Below the pieces are notes generated by a model. It did no database searches and had not been told where the DNA came from. It saw only the letters and a list, made by a program, of their open reading frames with translations. 64,000 nt of DNA from Nitrospirota bacterium (GTDB taxonomy: Bacteria; Nitrospirota; Thermodesulfovibrionia; Thermodesulfovibrionales; UBA9159). The stretch lies in NCBI GenBank assembly GCA_963699545.1, contig CAVOUE010000012.1, forward strand, positions 32,001 to 96,000, written 5' to 3'. This document shows positions 1-12,400 of this stretch, piece after piece (position 1 is the stretch's first letter; every line of letters starts with the position of its first letter). A program made the translations under genes and the position numbers.

Positions 1-348
1 TCGGCGAATTTCTCGATTGATGAGATTGTATTCGTTAAGGGCGTCCACTACCTCCTGGACTCCCTCCTCCACAATCTCCCGCACTGTCTTGTCGTTATCC
101 AGTTCAGGCTCCTGCTCAAGAAAGCCTACGGTGTGGCCGGGGGAAAGGACCGTCTCTCCGTTGAACTCCTTGTCCTTTCCCGCAAGGATGCGGAGAAGGG
201 AGCTTTTCCCTGACCCGTTGAGACCCAGGACTCCTATCTTCGCTCCATAGAAATAGGAGAGGTAGATATCCTTCAGGACCGGTTTCTTATCGTAATACTT
301 GCTCACTCCGATCATGGAGTAAATGACCTTATTCGCTTCATTGCTCAT
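1..348 (-). CDS. ettA: Energy-dependent translational throttle ABC-F ATPase, 5' part (runs off the window edge)
   Basis: Manual translation from ATG 348: MSNEANKVIYSMIGVSKYYDKKPVLKDIYLSYFYGAKIGVLGLNGSGKSSLLRILAG. This is a typical EttA N-terminus with Walker A. Confidence 0.9.
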   Translation of the reverse strand, partial: MSNEANKVIYSMIGVSKYYDKKPVLKDIYLSYFYGAKIGVLGLNGSGKSSLLRILAGKDKEFNGETVLSPGHTVGFLEQEPELDNDKTVREIVEEGVQEVVDALNEYNLINREIRR

Positions 349-549
349 CGTATTTCAAATCCTTTCTTTACAGGGCTATCAGACTTTTCCGTGGGCATAT
401 CCGGATCTGTGCTTTGAGAGAGCATTTCTTATAGGGTCGCCGCCACTGCTTCCGCAGGGGTAAACGTGTCGCCATGAGAGGACGGGGAGCGGGAATCCGG
501 GCTTTTCAGGTAATTCAGAAATAGAACGGGATCATGACAGCAAGAAAAG

Positions 550-1551
550 CTACCCTTTATTCGCCATATCTTCAAGGACTTTGAGCTTTGTCCTTTCCCC
601 CAGGGCTATGAGGACATCCCCCGGCTTGATGGTAGTCCTGAAGGTGGGGTTGAACCTCATGTCACCGCCCGAGCGCTTTATGGCCACAATAATGATCCCC
701 AGTTCCCTGCCAATGCCGCACTCATCCAGGGTGGTCCCTGCGATGCTTGCTCCTTCGCGCACGCAGATCTCCTCCATCTGGAGGTCGATATTCCCTGCCG
801 ACGTCGCGAATTCGATGAAGTCGACGACCGACGGTTTGAGCACAGTATGGGCGATCCGCATACCCCCGATGTAATACGGTGAGACAACCCTGTCGGCGCC
901 CGCCCTGAGAAGCTTCTGCTCAGAGCCTTCCTCTCCTGCCCTTGCAACGATATTCATATCAGGGTTGAGCACCCTGGCGCTCAATACGACATAGAGATTT
1001 TCCGCATCTGTCGGCAGAACGGATATGAGACCCCTGGCCCTCTCGATGCCTGCTTCCTTCAGAACCTCATCCTTTGTCGCATCTCCCCTCACGAAGAGGA
1101 CATCGTTTTCGACGATATCACCGGCCACAGGCTCCTTTTCTATCACGACAAATCTGGCGTTTTTCTCCTTAAGTTCTTTACCGATCACGGTACCCATCCT
1201 CCCATACCCGCACACAATATAGTGGTCTTTCAGTTCTTTGATCTTCTTTTCCAATTTTCTCCTCCCGAATATCTCCTGTATTTCCCCTTCAACCAGTATC
1301 CTCGCCGAATTGTTGAGGGTATAGAGTATCGTGCCCACTCCCAAAACGATGAGGACAAGAGTGAATGCCCTGCCGGCATCCGACAGGTCATGCACTTCCC
1401 GGTATCCTACCGTTGTTATCGTGGTAATGGTCATGTAGAGGGCATCGAAAGCCGTCCATTTTTCGAGAATGACATACCCGGAGGTTCCGAAAAAGATCAC
1501 GACCACGATCAACACGAGGGAAAAAACAAACTGACGTTTCACTCGTGTCAT
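550..1551 (-). CDS. Potassium channel protein (2TM pore + TrkA-N/TrkA-C RCK domains)
   Basis: TITTVGY filter-like motif, GYGRMG NAD-binding motif, C-terminal TrkA-C-like region. Confidence 0.9.
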   Translation of the reverse strand: MTRVKRQFVFSLVLIVVVIFFGTSGYVILEKWTAFDALYMTITTITTVGYREVHDLSDAGRAFTLVLIVLGVGTILYTLNNSARILVEGEIQEIFGRRKLEKKIKELKDHYIVCGYGRMGTVIGKELKEKNARFVVIEKEPVAGDIVENDVLFVRGDATKDEVLKEAGIERARGLISVLPTDAENLYVVLSARVLNPDMNIVARAGEEGSEQKLLRAGADRVVSPYYIGGMRIAHTVLKPSVVDFIEFATSAGNIDLQMEEICVREGASIAGTTLDECGIGRELGIIIVAIKRSGGDMRFNPTFRTTIKPGDVLIALGERTKLKVLEDMANKG

Positions 1552-2051
1552 TTTTGTTCGCGAGCCTCTCTGCTCCCTTCATTGAAGAGCGTATCGAGCA
1601 TCTCCCTGAATCTCCTCAGATGGGTCCCTTCCCAGTAAACGCTTCCGCAGGCTTTGCACCTCAGGAAGGTGCCGTGGTGAACGAATACATATTCCGGAAC
1701 CATGTCCCTTACAGAATCTTTCTTCTCAATCTTGCCTAGTATACCATTGCACCGCGCACACCTGCCAGGTCCCGGTTCTTTCGCCGCGAAGGTTCTCATC
1801 ACTTCCTTCACCTGCGCCAGAGAATCCTCCGCCCGCACAAACAAAAGGTTGTTCAGGTTCCTCATCTTGAGGAAGTGGGTGTCCCTCGTCAGGAGAACCC
1901 TCCCTTCCCTGAGTGCGAGCTTCAGGAGATCATTGTCGCTTATGTGGGGATAATAGAGGGTGTCGAATCCGAGGAGCCTAAGCCATCGTGCGAGACGGCC
2001 AAGCATAGCATCTGCGATGAAACGCACTTCATGGGAGGGTTCCCCGTTCAT
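1548..2051 (-). CDS. Mut7-C RNase domain protein (PIN-like + Zn ribbon)
   Basis: FIADAMLGRLARWLRLLGFDT, LLTRD, RCARCN...CKACGSVYWEGTH. Start placed at ATG 2051; 4-bp overlap with the K channel gene. Confidence 0.88.
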   Translation of the reverse strand: MNGEPSHEVRFIADAMLGRLARWLRLLGFDTLYYPHISDNDLLKLALREGRVLLTRDTHFLKMRNLNNLLFVRAEDSLAQVKEVMRTFAAKEPGPGRCARCNGILGKIEKKDSVRDMVPEYVFVHHGTFLRCKACGSVYWEGTHLRRFREMLDTLFNEGSREAREQK

Positions 2052-2054
2052 GAA

Positions 2055-2092
2055 TAAACAAGGCAGGCCAGGCAAAACGCCTGACCTGCCGC
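2055..2092 (-). terminator. Probable intrinsic terminator after rpoC
   Basis: Minus strand GGCAGGTCAGGC-GTTTT-GCCTGGCCTGCC hairpin followed by TTGTTT. Confidence 0.6.
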
Positions 2093-2108
2093 TTCGAACT
2101 GTGACTAA

Positions 2109-5100
2109 TTATTCTTCTTCAACTGCAGGCTCTGCAGCAAGGAGCGGCTGCAATTCCCTTTTTACAAAGGTGTGGCGGTACTTCTGCATACCAGTACCCG
2201 CAGGAACGATCCTGCCCATTATTACGTTCTCCTTTAATCCCCTCAGTTCGTCGATCTGGGCATTTAAGGCAGCCTCCGTCAGCACCCGCGTCGTTTCCTG
2301 GAAGGACGCGGCAGAGACCCAGCTCTCGGTGGTGAGGGACGCCTTTGTTATTCCCAGGAGAAGGGGTCTGCCCTGGGCGGGTGCTCCGCCGCCAGCCCTG
2401 ACCTTTTCATTTTCCTCCTGGAAAAAGGCCCTGTCCACCTGCTCACCGATCAGGAATACAGTATCGCCAGGATCTTCGATCCTCACCTTCCTCATCATCT
2501 GCCGGACAATTGTTTCGATATGCTTATCATTGATCGAGACGCCCTGGAGCCGGTATACCTTCTGTACCTCGTCCACAAGATAGCTCTGAAGCTCATTGGG
2601 GCCAAGGATATCCAAAATGCTGTGGGGATTCACCGCGCCGTCCATCAACGGCTCTCCTGCCTTTACCCAGTCTCCCTCATGGACACTCACATGCTTGCCC
2701 TTGGGGATATGGTACTCTCTCTGTTCTTCACCGCCCTTCACAACGACAACCCTCATGCCCTTGTGAGCGCCGCGGAACTCCACGACACCGTCGATCTCGG
2801 TAACGATAGCCTGTTCCTTGGGACGCCGTGCTTCAAAGAGCTCCGCTACCCTCGGAAGACCTCCGGTAATGTCCTTTGTCTTTGTCGTTTCCCTGGGTAT
2901 CTTTGCGAGGATATCCCCGGGGGAAACGATATCATTCTTGTCCACAAGGATATGTGCCCCGGACGGCAAGAGGTACCGCGCAAGGTTCGAGGAGCTTGGT
3001 ATCTTGAGCGTCGCCTTGCCGTGCTCGTCTTTTATCGAGATCCTCGGTCTCATGGAGGCAGGGTAATCGATGATCACTTTATGGGAAAGGCCGGTGATCT
3101 CATCAACCTCTTCCTTGACCGATACGCCTTCAACGATATCACCGAGGGCGATCTTTCCGCCCACTTCGGTCAGTATGGGTGTCGAGTATGGGTCCCATTC
3201 AACGATCCTCTGACCGGCTTCAACCTTCTGACCTTCCTCAATCTTCAGTTTCGCGCCATAGACAAGATTGTACTTCTCTCTCTCCCTTCCATGACCGTCC
3301 ACGATCGCGATAAGGGCATTTCTGTTGATCACTACGAGGGCGCCCTCTCTGTTCCTCACCGCATTTATGTTCAGGAACTTTATTTTGCCGTTGTTCTTGG
3401 CATCGAGCACTGCCTGCTCTATCACCTTTGTCGCGGCGCCGCCGATATGGAAGGTCCTCATGGTCAGCTGGGTACCCGGCTCGCCGATGGACTGGGCTGC
3501 GATGATGCCCACGGCCTCACCGATCTCAACGCTGTCACCCCGCGCCAGGTCCCTCCCGTAACACCTGCCGCAGACCCCGAACTTCGTCTGGCAGGTGAGA
3601 ACCGACCGTATCTTTACCCTGTCAACAACAGCCTCTACTACTTTTTGAGCGAGCTCCTCAGTGATCTCGTTATTCTTCTTCACGATCACTTCCTTGGAAT
3701 CAGGCTTATTGATATCTTCCACAGAGAACCTGCCGACGATCCTCTCCTCAAGGGGCTGGATTATCTCACCGCCCTCTATAAGGGATGTTACGGTGATCCC
3801 TTCTGCCGTACCGCAGTCTTCTTCGGTAATGATGACATCCTGGGCCACATCCACCAGCCTCCTGGTAAGGTACCCGGAGTTCGCGGTCTTCAGTGCGGTA
3901 TCAGCAAGACCTTTTCGCGCTCCGTGTGTGGAGATGAAGTACTGGAGCGGGGTAAGCCCCTCTCTGAAGTTCGCGGTAATGGGGGTTTCGATAATTTCGC
4001 CCGAAGGCTTTGCCATCAGACCCCTCATTCCCGCAAGCTGACGGATCTGCGCAGCGCTTCCCCTTGCGCCGGAATCAGCCATCATGAAGATGTTGTTAAA
4101 GGATCGCCTCTCATTGAGTTCCTCCTCGGACAACTTCTTCCCTTCCTCTGCTCCCAGTTCGTCCATCATTTCCTTGGCGATACTCTCGGTGATGTTCGCC
4201 CATATGTCAATCACTTTGTTGTACCGCTCGCCGTGGGTAATGAGACCGTCGGCATATTGCTTCTGTATCTCCATCACTTCCTGCTCTGCGGCCCTTATCA
4301 GTTCGGGCTTTTTGGACGGGATGTGCATGTCTGCCATGCAGATGGATATCCCCGACTTCGTGGCCTGGTCGAACCCAAGCTTCTCGAGGTTATCAAGAAA
4401 TACCACGGTGGCGCGCTTCCCTGCCTGCTTGTAGGTATGTTCTATGATCTTCGTCAGCTCCTTCTTGGTGATGTCCTTGTTGATAAACTGGAACGGTATG
4501 CCTTCGGGAAGGATCTCACTGAAGAGAACCCTTCCGCAGGTGGTTTCCACCATCTGCCCGTCTATTCTTACATTAATACCCTTATGGATATCCAGTTTCC
4601 CGGAATCATAGGCGATCCTCACTTCCTCAGGGTCGGAGAATATCGCGCGCCTGCCTTTTATGACGGACTTTTTCTTCATGGTGTTGAGAACTTCTTCGCA
4701 GGTCGTCTCCACGAGGAGGCCGTCCGCCCTCACCGTCACCGTTTCCTGTTTTTCCAGCTTGCCGGAATCATGGGCAGCCTTCACCTCGTCAGGGTCAGCA
4801 TAGACTCTGCCCTTTCCCTTCGTCAGGTAGTAGATGCCCAAAACCATATCCTGCGTAGGCACCACAATGGGTTTGCCATTAGCAGGTGAAAGGATATTGT
4901 TCACCGACATCATCAACACCCTCGCCTCGACCTGAGCTTCAATCGAAAGGGGAACATGAACTGCCATCTGGTCTCCGTCGAAGTCTGCATTGAATGCGGT
5001 GCAGACAAGAGGATGCAGCTTGATGGCCTTGCCCTCGACAAGCACGGGATCAAAGGCCTGAATGCCAAGTCTGTGGAGGGTCGGCGCACGGTTCAGCAGC

Positions 5101-6365
5101 ACAGGATGCTCTGCGATCACCTCTTCCAGGGCATCCCACACCTCGGGATGTTCTTTCTCCACCAGCCTCTTGGCAGCCTTCAGCGTAGTGGCAAACCCTT
5201 TTTCCTCCAGCTTGTTAAAGACAAAGGGCTTGAAAAGCTCCAGGGCCATCCTCTTGGGAAGCCCGCACTGATGGAGTTTAAGTTCGGGTCCCACTACGAT
5301 GACCGAACGGCCTGAATAGTCGACCCTCTTGCCAAGGAGATTCTGTCTGAACCTTCCCTGTTTGCCCTTGATCATGTCGCTCAAAGACTTCAGGGGCCTC
5401 TTCGTTGCGGTCTTCAGCACCCTGCTTCTCCTGCCGTTGTCAAAGAGGGCATCAACCGCCTCCTGGAGCATCCTCTTTTCGTTCTTTATGATGACGCTGG
5501 GAGCCTTCAGCTCCATCAGCCGCTTCAGTCTGTTATTCCTGTTGATGACTCTCCGGTAAAGGTCATTGAGATCGGATGTGGCAAAACGGCCTCCCTCCAG
5601 GGGAACGAGAGGTCTCAGATCAGGGGGAAGTACGGGTACCGCATCCATGATCATCCAGTCCGGTCTATTCCCCGACAGCCTGAATGCCTCGATCACCTTC
5701 AACCTTTTGGTCAATTTCTTCTTGACACCTATGGAGGAAGCTTCCTTGATTTTTCCCTTCAGCTCGGCCGCAAGGGGATCAAGGTCCAGCCCCCTGAGAA
5801 GTTCCCGGATCGCCTCTGCCCCCATCCCTGCCTTAAACCGGGATCCGTACTCTGCGGTCTTTTTCTTGTATTCTTCGTCGGTGAGGAGTTCTTTTTCCTT
5901 CAGCGGCGTATCTCCAGGATCAATGACAATGTAGCTTTCAAAATAGAGGACCTTCTCAAGATGCCGCATGGTCATATCGATCAGGATACCGATCCTGCTG
6001 GGCACCCCCTTGAGGAACCAGATGTGCGCCACCGGCGTCGCAAGCTCTATGTGGCCCATGCGTTCCCGCCTTACCTTCGACTGAATGACCTCAACCCCGC
6101 ACTTGTCGCAGACGACACCCCTGTGCTTCATCCTCTTATACTTGCCGCAAAGGCACTCCCAGTCCTTCACCGGGCCGAAAATCTTCGCGCAGAACAGGCC
6201 GTCCCTCTCCGGCTTAAAGGTACGGTAGTTAATGGTCTCCGGTTTTTTCACCTCCCCGTATGACCATTCCCGGATCTTTTCGGGTGAGGCAAGCTTTATT
6301 CTTATCGCTTCAAAATCGGTCGGATTCTTCGGTCTCTGAAAAAGGGCATAGACATCTTCTACCAA
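2109..6365 (-). CDS. rpoC: RNA polymerase beta' subunit
   Basis: [12 protein letters not shown] catalytic motif, N-terminal Zn finger, 1418 aa. Confidence 0.99.
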   Translation of the reverse strand: MVEDVYALFQRPKNPTDFEAIRIKLASPEKIREWSYGEVKKPETINYRTFKPERDGLFCAKIFGPVKDWECLCGKYKRMKHRGVVCDKCGVEVIQSKVRRERMGHIELATPVAHIWFLKGVPSRIGILIDMTMRHLEKVLYFESYIVIDPGDTPLKEKELLTDEEYKKKTAEYGSRFKAGMGAEAIRELLRGLDLDPLAAELKGKIKEASSIGVKKKLTKRLKVIEAFRLSGNRPDWMIMDAVPVLPPDLRPLVPLEGGRFATSDLNDLYRRVINRNNRLKRLMELKAPSVIIKNEKRMLQEAVDALFDNGRRSRVLKTATKRPLKSLSDMIKGKQGRFRQNLLGKRVDYSGRSVIVVGPELKLHQCGLPKRMALELFKPFVFNKLEEKGFATTLKAAKRLVEKEHPEVWDALEEVIAEHPVLLNRAPTLHRLGIQAFDPVLVEGKAIKLHPLVCTAFNADFDGDQMAVHVPLSIEAQVEARVLMMSVNNILSPANGKPIVVPTQDMVLGIYYLTKGKGRVYADPDEVKAAHDSGKLEKQETVTVRADGLLVETTCEEVLNTMKKKSVIKGRRAIFSDPEEVRIAYDSGKLDIHKGINVRIDGQMVETTCGRVLFSEILPEGIPFQFINKDITKKELTKIIEHTYKQAGKRATVVFLDNLEKLGFDQATKSGISICMADMHIPSKKPELIRAAEQEVMEIQKQYADGLITHGERYNKVIDIWANITESIAKEMMDELGAEEGKKLSEEELNERRSFNNIFMMADSGARGSAAQIRQLAGMRGLMAKPSGEIIETPITANFREGLTPLQYFISTHGARKGLADTALKTANSGYLTRRLVDVAQDVIITEEDCGTAEGITVTSLIEGGEIIQPLEERIVGRFSVEDINKPDSKEVIVKKNNEITEELAQKVVEAVVDRVKIRSVLTCQTKFGVCGRCYGRDLARGDSVEIGEAVGIIAAQSIGEPGTQLTMRTFHIGGAATKVIEQAVLDAKNNGKIKFLNINAVRNREGALVVINRNALIAIVDGHGREREKYNLVYGAKLKIEEGQKVEAGQRIVEWDPYSTPILTEVGGKIALGDIVEGVSVKEEVDEITGLSHKVIIDYPASMRPRISIKDEHGKATLKIPSSSNLARYLLPSGAHILVDKNDIVSPGDILAKIPRETTKTKDITGGLPRVAELFEARRPKEQAIVTEIDGVVEFRGAHKGMRVVVVKGGEEQREYHIPKGKHVSVHEGDWVKAGEPLMDGAVNPHSILDILGPNELQSYLVDEVQKVYRLQGVSINDKHIETIVRQMMRKVRIEDPGDTVFLIGEQVDRAFFQEENEKVRAGGGAPAQGRPLLLGITKASLTTESWVSAASFQETTRVLTEAALNAQIDELRGLKENVIMGRIVPAGTGMQKYRHTFVKRELQPLLAAEPAVEEE

Positions 6366-6368
6366 GAC

Positions 6369-9300
6369 TTATTCCCCCTTGCTTTTTTTCTCCAGAAGCT
6401 CAACATCAAGACCAAGACTCTGGAGTTCTTTTATTAATACATGGAAAGACTCGGGAACCCCGGGTTCCAGAGTCGCATCACCTTTCACAATCGCTTCATA
6501 CATCCGGGCCCGTCCGGTAACATCATCACTCTTTACCGTCAGGAATTCCTGCAGCGTATAGGAAGCTCCGTATGCTTCAAGTGCCCAGACTTCCATCTCA
6601 CCAAGCCTTTGGCCGCCGAACTGCGCCTTGCCGCCCAGGGGCTGCTGGGTAACAAGAGAATATGGGCCGATGGAACGTGCGTGAATCTTGTCGTCCACAA
6701 GGTGGTGAAGTTTGAGTATGTACGTTTGTCCGACCGTGACCGGCTTGTTGAACGGTTCTCCCGTCCTGCCGTCATAAAGAGTGATCTGGCCTGACGAGGG
6801 GAGACCCGCTTTTTTCAGCATCTCTTTTATCTCGGACTCCTTCGCACCCTCAAAGACGGGCGTCGCCACATGAAAACCCAACGCCCTTGCAGCCCACCCG
6901 AGATGGGTCTCGAGGATCTGTCCAACGTTCATTCGAGAAGGAACTCCCAGAGGATTCAAAACAACATCTACCGGTGTTCCGTCAGGAAGGTAAGGCATGT
7001 CCTCTTCAGGCATCACCATGGCAACGACACCCTTGTTCCCGTGTCTGCCCGCCATCTTGTCCCCCACCTGAAGCTTGCGTTTCATCGCGATATACACCTT
7101 TGCAAGCTTGTTCACGCCCGGCGGAAGTTCATCCCCTCTCTTGACCCTGTCGACGCTTTCATCGTACCGCGTCTCGAGCCAGCGGATGTACTGGTTGGCC
7201 TCGTGGTTCATGGTCTCGATCTTTTCCCTGACATCCGCATCCGCAATCTTTACACGCAAAAGATGCTCATCCTTGATTCTCTCCAGATGCTTTTCGGTGA
7301 GCTTTTTCCCCGCGGAACAGATGACCTCTTTCGTCTTTGAATCCTTCACCTCTTCCTGTATCTTGCAGCCTGCAAGGAATTCCCTGATCCTTCTGAATTT
7401 TTCCTCCTTATTGATCCTCACCTCTTCTTCAAGGTCTCTCTGCAGCCGAGAGATGTCGTCTTCCTCTATGCTTTTGGCCCTCTCGTCCTTTTCCGTTCCC
7501 TTTCGAGAAAAGATACGCACGTCGACTATGATGCCCTCTATGCCGGGTGGCACGTAGAGACAGCTCTCCTTCACGTCCTCCGCCTTCTCACCGAAAATGG
7601 CCCTCAGCAATTTCTCCTCGGGAGTGAGCTGTGTCTCGCCCTTGGGGGTGACCTTGCCCACGAGGATGTCACCGGGTTTCACCTCGGCGCCGATCCTTAT
7701 GATTCCGCTCTCGTCAAGGTCCTTAAGGGCCTCTTCTCCCACGTTCGGTATATCCCTGGTGACTTCCTCCGGCCCGATCTTCGTTTCCCTCGCCTCAAGC
7801 TCGAATTCCTCGATATGCACCGAGGTGAAGACATCTTCCTTCACCAGTCTCTCGCTTATCAGGATGGCGTCTTCGAAGTTGTACCCGCCCCAGGGCATAA
7901 AGGCTACAAGAACGTTCTTGCCAAGGGCCAGTTCCCCCCCGTCAGTGGACGAACCGTCAGCGAGGACATCATTCCGCTGCACCACATCTCCCACTGTCAC
8001 TATGGGTTTTTGGTTGATGCAGGTTGCCTGATTCGACCTCTGGAACTTCACAAGACTGTAAATGTCAACGCCCCCGCCATCCTCGGACGTACGCACCACG
8101 ATCCTTGACGCATCCACGCTCTCTACAACGCCGGCCTTTCTTGCAAGCACCAGGGCTCCCGAATCCCGGGCAGCCACGAACTCCATGCCGGTACCCACCA
8201 CGGGCGCTTCTGTCTGGAGCAGCGGGACTGCCTGCCTCTGCATGTTCGAGCCCATGAGGGCCCTGTTGGCGTCATCGTTTTCGAGGAACGGGATGAGCGA
8301 TGCCGAAACGCCCACGATCTGCTTTGGCGAAACGTCCATATACTGCACTTCCTGCGGGGGGACCATCTTGAAGTCGCCTCCCACCCTGGCAGAGACAAGC
8401 TCACCGACAAGATGCCCTTTCTTGTCGACCGGTGATGTCGCCTCGGCAATATTATATGTTTCACCCTCTATGGCAGAGAGATATTCAATCTCCTGGGTAA
8501 CCCTCCCATTCACGACCTTCCGGTAGGGGACCTCGATGAAACCGAAATCATTCACCCTCGCATAGGAAGCGAGGGAGGTGATCAATCCGATATTCGGACC
8601 CTCAGGCGTCTCGATGGGACATATTCTTCCGTAATGGGTGGGGTGCACGTCCCTCACTTCAAACCCTGCCCTCTCCCTGGTAAGACCTCCGGGACCGAGG
8701 GCAGAGAGTCTCCTCTTATGGGTGATCTCTGACAAGGGATTGGTCTGATCCATGAACTGGCTCAGCTGACTGGAGCCAAAAAACTCCTTCACCGCGGCCA
8801 TGACCGGCTTTGCGTTGATGATATCGTGCGGCATGGCCGTCTCAAGTTCGGTGAGCGTCATCTTCTCCTTGATAGCGCGTTCCATCCTCACAAGACCTAT
8901 CCTGAACTGGTTTTCGAGAAGTTCCCCCACGCCTCTGATCCGCCGGTTCCCGAGGTGGTCGATATCATCCACCTCCCCTTTTCCCGTGCGGAGGTCGAGG
9001 AGGTAGTGCACGATCTCTATGATGTCTTTATCGGTGAGGACCCGGGTATCGAGCGGGATATCAAGGTTCAGCCTCTTGTTTATCTTGAGCCTTCCCACCG
9101 GCGACAGGTCGTAGCGTTTGGGATCGAAGAAGAGACCGTTGAACAGGTCCTTTGACGCATTCAGCGTCGGCGGTTCTCCGGGCCTCAGTTTCTTGTATAC
9201 CTCGATGAGGGCCTCTCCCTGACTGCTCACCTTGTCCGTCAGCAGTGTGTCCCGCAACGAGGAGAGATATTTCACGTTGTCGATAAAGAGGAGACTGAGG

Positions 9301-10302
9301 GTATCGATCTTAAGGGCAAGTATCTTGTTAAATATCTCTTCTGTTATCGCCTCATTGCCCTCAAGCAGAACCTCCCCGGTTTCCGGGTCGATGATGTCCT
9401 TGAGGGTGATACGACCGACGATCTCTTCCTTCAGGATCGGTATCTCCTTGATCCCTGCAGTCTCCATCTTCTTGATGGCTCCTTTGGTGATCTTACTGCC
9501 CTCTTTAACGATCAGCTCCTTGGTATCTGACGCGATGATGTTCTTGACCGCCTTCACTCCTGCCAGGACATCGCTCACCACCCTCGTATGGGTGTTTCCC
9601 TTGATCTTTACGGTCTCGATGGGATAAAACGTCTTGAGAAGGTCTTCATTGCTGTATCCCAGCGCCTTGAGCACTATGGTTGCCGGAAGTTTCTTCCTCC
9701 TGTCGATGCGGACATAGAGGATGTCCTTTGTATCAAATTCAAAGTCAAGCCATGACCCCCGGGACGGAATAACCCTGGCAGAATAGAGGAGCCTGCCGCT
9801 GGCGTGGGTCTTTCCCTTATCATGGCTGAAGAAGACACCGGGAGAACCGGTGGAGCTGGCTCACAATGACTCTTTCGGTGCCGTTGATGATGAATGTCCC
9901 TGTCTCGGTCATGAGCGGCATCTCACCGATGTATACTTCCTGCTCCCTGGATTCTTTCAGTCTTTTGTTGCCGCCTTCCTCAGCCTCCCACAGGTTGAGT
10001 TTCACCCGTATCTTCAGCGGAGCCGCATACGTTATCCCCTTCTGCAGGGAATCCCTTATGCTGAACTTCGGCTCTCCGACCATGTACCCGATAAGCTCCA
10101 CAGACGCGGTCTCGTTATAGTCCATGATCGGGAAAACGCCCTTAAAGGCTGCCTGTAATCCAGTGTCTTCCCGCTTGTCCATGGGAAGATCCTTCTGCAG
10201 GAATTTCTCATAGGAGCGCCTCTGGATCTCGATGAGGTTCGGCACCTCAAGAAAAAGCGGGACCTTGCCAAAATTTACTCTCTCTCTCAACTCCCTGGCC
10301 AT
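6369..10302 (-). CDS. rpoB: RNA polymerase beta subunit (one apparent extra base near 9848, likely sequencing error)
   Basis: ORF 9820-10302 ends ...SQLHR and continues in another frame as [12 protein letters not shown]...[10 protein letters not shown] into ORF 6369-9674 ([21 protein letters not shown]). Confidence 0.97.
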
Positions 10303-10404
10303 ATGTCTCCTTCTCTCTTTAGTTCAGAGCCGGGGGTTCAGAGTTCGGTGACAGCAATCAGACAGTGACAACTGCTCCGAACTCAGAACCAACTGCTCCG
10401 AACT

Positions 10405-10788
10405 CTATTTTACTTCTACTTTCGCGCCCTGCTCCTCAAGCTTCGCCTTGATGGATTCTGCCTCTTCTTTCGCAACCCCGGTCTTCACGGGTTTGGGGGC
10501 GCCGTCAACGAGGTCTTTCGCTTCCTTCAGACCGAGGCCGGTCAGCTCTCTCACAACCTTAATGACCTGTATCTTCTTGTCTCCGGCAGCTACGAGAATA
10601 ACGTCAAAGCTCGTCTTTTCCTCAGCAGCCGGGGCCGCTGCCGCTGCCGCTCCAGGTGCGGCTGCAATAGCCACCGGCGCTGCGGCGGTAACGCCGTACC
10701 TCTCTTCGAATTCTTTTACGAACTGAGACATATCGAGAATTGTCATGTTGTCGATAAACTCAAAAACCTGCTCCTTTGTCACTGCCAT
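10405..10788 (-). CDS. rplL: 50S ribosomal protein L7/L12
   Basis: Ala-rich hinge, [23 protein letters not shown]. Confidence 0.99.
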   Translation of the reverse strand: MAVTKEQVFEFIDNMTILDMSQFVKEFEERYGVTAAAPVAIAAAPGAAAAAAPAAEEKTSFDVILVAAGDKKIQVIKVVRELTGLGLKEAKDLVDGAPKPVKTGVAKEEAESIKAKLEEQGAKVEVK

Positions 10789-10861
10789 TATGTAAACCTC
10801 CTTCTTTTGTAATATATTGTCCGTTATGTGTTATCTGCGTGAACTTCCCATCCTTTACACA

Positions 10862-11380
10862 TCACGCTTCACGTTTTGTTTTCAAAGCGCTTACCGCGTA
10901 TGCAAAACTGCTTACGGTTGCCGACAATGCAGCGGCCATCTTGCTGGCGGGTGCCTGGAATGCGCCGGCGATCATTGACAAAAGCACTTCCCTCGGCGGC
11001 AGGGCTGCAATAGCCTTGACCTCATGCGCTGTATAGAGCTTCCCTTCGATCACGCCTCCGCTGAGCTTGAGTTTCTCGTTCTTTTTGGAAAACTCAATCA
11101 CCTTTTTGGCGGTCGTTACAGGATCCTTATACCCGATGGCTACAGCCACCGGCCCTTTGAACGCACCCTTTGCCACCGATACGGGGGTATCCTGGGATGC
11201 AAGACGGGCAAGGGTATTCTTCACCACCCGGTAATCAACGCCGCTACCGCGAAGGAGCCTTCTAAGCTCGAATAGTTCTGCAACCGTCATGCCCTTGTAA
11301 TCCGTTAAGATTACCGCTTTAGCCTCTGAGAACCTTTCCTTGAGTTCTTCAATTACCTGTCCTTTCTCTTCCTTTCTCAG
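10862..11380 (-). CDS. rplJ: 50S ribosomal protein L10 (probable CTG start at 11380)
   Basis: DYKGMTVAEL, RVVKNTL. Shine-Dalgarno AAAGGAGG lies 5 nt before CTG-AGA-AAG-GAA-GAG. Confidence 0.95.
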   Translation of the reverse strand: MRKEEKGQVIEELKERFSEAKAVILTDYKGMTVAELFELRRLLRGSGVDYRVVKNTLARLASQDTPVSVAKGAFKGPVAVAIGYKDPVTTAKKVIEFSKKNEKLKLSGGVIEGKLYTAHEVKAIAALPPREVLLSMIAGAFQAPASKMAAALSATVSSFAYAVSALKTKREA

Positions 11381-11424
11381 ACTATCCTCCTTTCCCAGAG
11401 ACTCTCTTTTTATTTCCATTCCTC

Positions 11425-11545
11425 TGAACCGCCCACAGGCCGCGACACAGGCGCTTCAAAGGACTGTCTCGGCAGGCTGCCCGTCCGTCCGCCGCAGGCG
11501 GACGAAGCGAAACAATTAAGGAAACCACCTACTGTCTCTGACAAG
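11425..11545 (-). promoter_or_regulatory. L10 leader (ribosomal protein autoregulatory RNA)
   Basis: Minus strand AGACAGTAGGTGG...TTAA...CCTGCCGAGA between rplA and rplJ matches the L10-leader pattern and position. Confidence 0.75.
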
Positions 11546-11653
11546 ATATCAAAACGGACAATGTCCGCACGTAAAACCGTGTAAGCAGGGTGCGAGGATT
11601 CCAAGATTCGAGGGTCCCAGAACGTCCCTTGAATCCCTGGTCCCTTGAACCCT

Positions 11654-12346
11654 TTATTTACTTGCCGATACCTTCCCCACGTCGACCCTGACGCCGGGCC
11701 CCATAGTGGATGACACCGCGATCTTCTTCAGATATTTCCCCTTGCTTGTACCCGGCTTTGCCTTCACAACGGCCTCGATGATAACCCGTGCATTATCCAG
11801 AAGTTTTTCGGCATCGAAGGACACTTTTCCAATGGGGACATGTATGATCCCGGCTTTTTCCGTCTTGTACTCGACCTTTCCTGCCTTTATCTCCTTCACC
11901 GCCTTCGTTACATCAAACGTCACCGTCCCGAGTTTCGGATTCGGCATCAATCCCCTTGGGCCGAGAATCTTTCCCAGCTTTCCGACAAGACCCATGATGT
12001 CAGGCGTCGCCACCGCGTTGTCGAAATCCAGCCAACCCTTCTGTATCTTCTCAACCAGGTCCTCTGCTCCCACGAAATCGGCACCGGCATCCCGTGCCTC
12101 CTTTTCCTTCTCTCCCTTTGCAAAAACAACGACCCTCACTTTCTTCCCCATACCATGGGGAAGCACGACGGTTCCCCGTACCATCTGATCGGACTTCTTC
12201 GGATCAACACCGAGGTTCAGGGCCATATCAACCGTCTCGTCGAATTTTGTATACGTGGCCTGCTTCACAAACTTGATCGCCTCTTCCAGGGAATACTCCT
12301 TCCCTGCTTCCACTTTCTGCATGGCAGCGTCCATCTTTTTCCCCAT
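11654..12346 (-). CDS. rplA: 50S ribosomal protein L1
   Basis: [25 protein letters not shown] 12346 follows GGAGG. Confidence 0.99.
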   Translation of the reverse strand: MGKKMDAAMQKVEAGKEYSLEEAIKFVKQATYTKFDETVDMALNLGVDPKKSDQMVRGTVVLPHGMGKKVRVVVFAKGEKEKEARDAGADFVGAEDLVEKIQKGWLDFDNAVATPDIMGLVGKLGKILGPRGLMPNPKLGTVTFDVTKAVKEIKAGKVEYKTEKAGIIHVPIGKVSFDAEKLLDNARVIIEAVVKAKPGTSKGKYLKKIAVSSTMGPGVRVDVGKVSASK

Positions 12347-12400
12347 CTTCAACCTCCAAGCTCCAATTTCTTATTCATCAGTTCACGGTCATTCTTCTTG

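Noticed and set aside
2520-4889. 789-aa antisense ORF, and other long shadow ORFs such as 40191-41498 and 11840-12847
   Set aside because: They lie opposite highly conserved genes, have no recognisable motifs, and are expected from codon bias.
9820-9870. Split rpoB, programmed frameshift or pseudogene
   Set aside because: One extra base in an invariant motif (QLHRSPG) of an essential gene, with no slippery site. Similar indels hit secE, secD, lpxI, dsbC and acuC, so assembly error is the simplest explanation.
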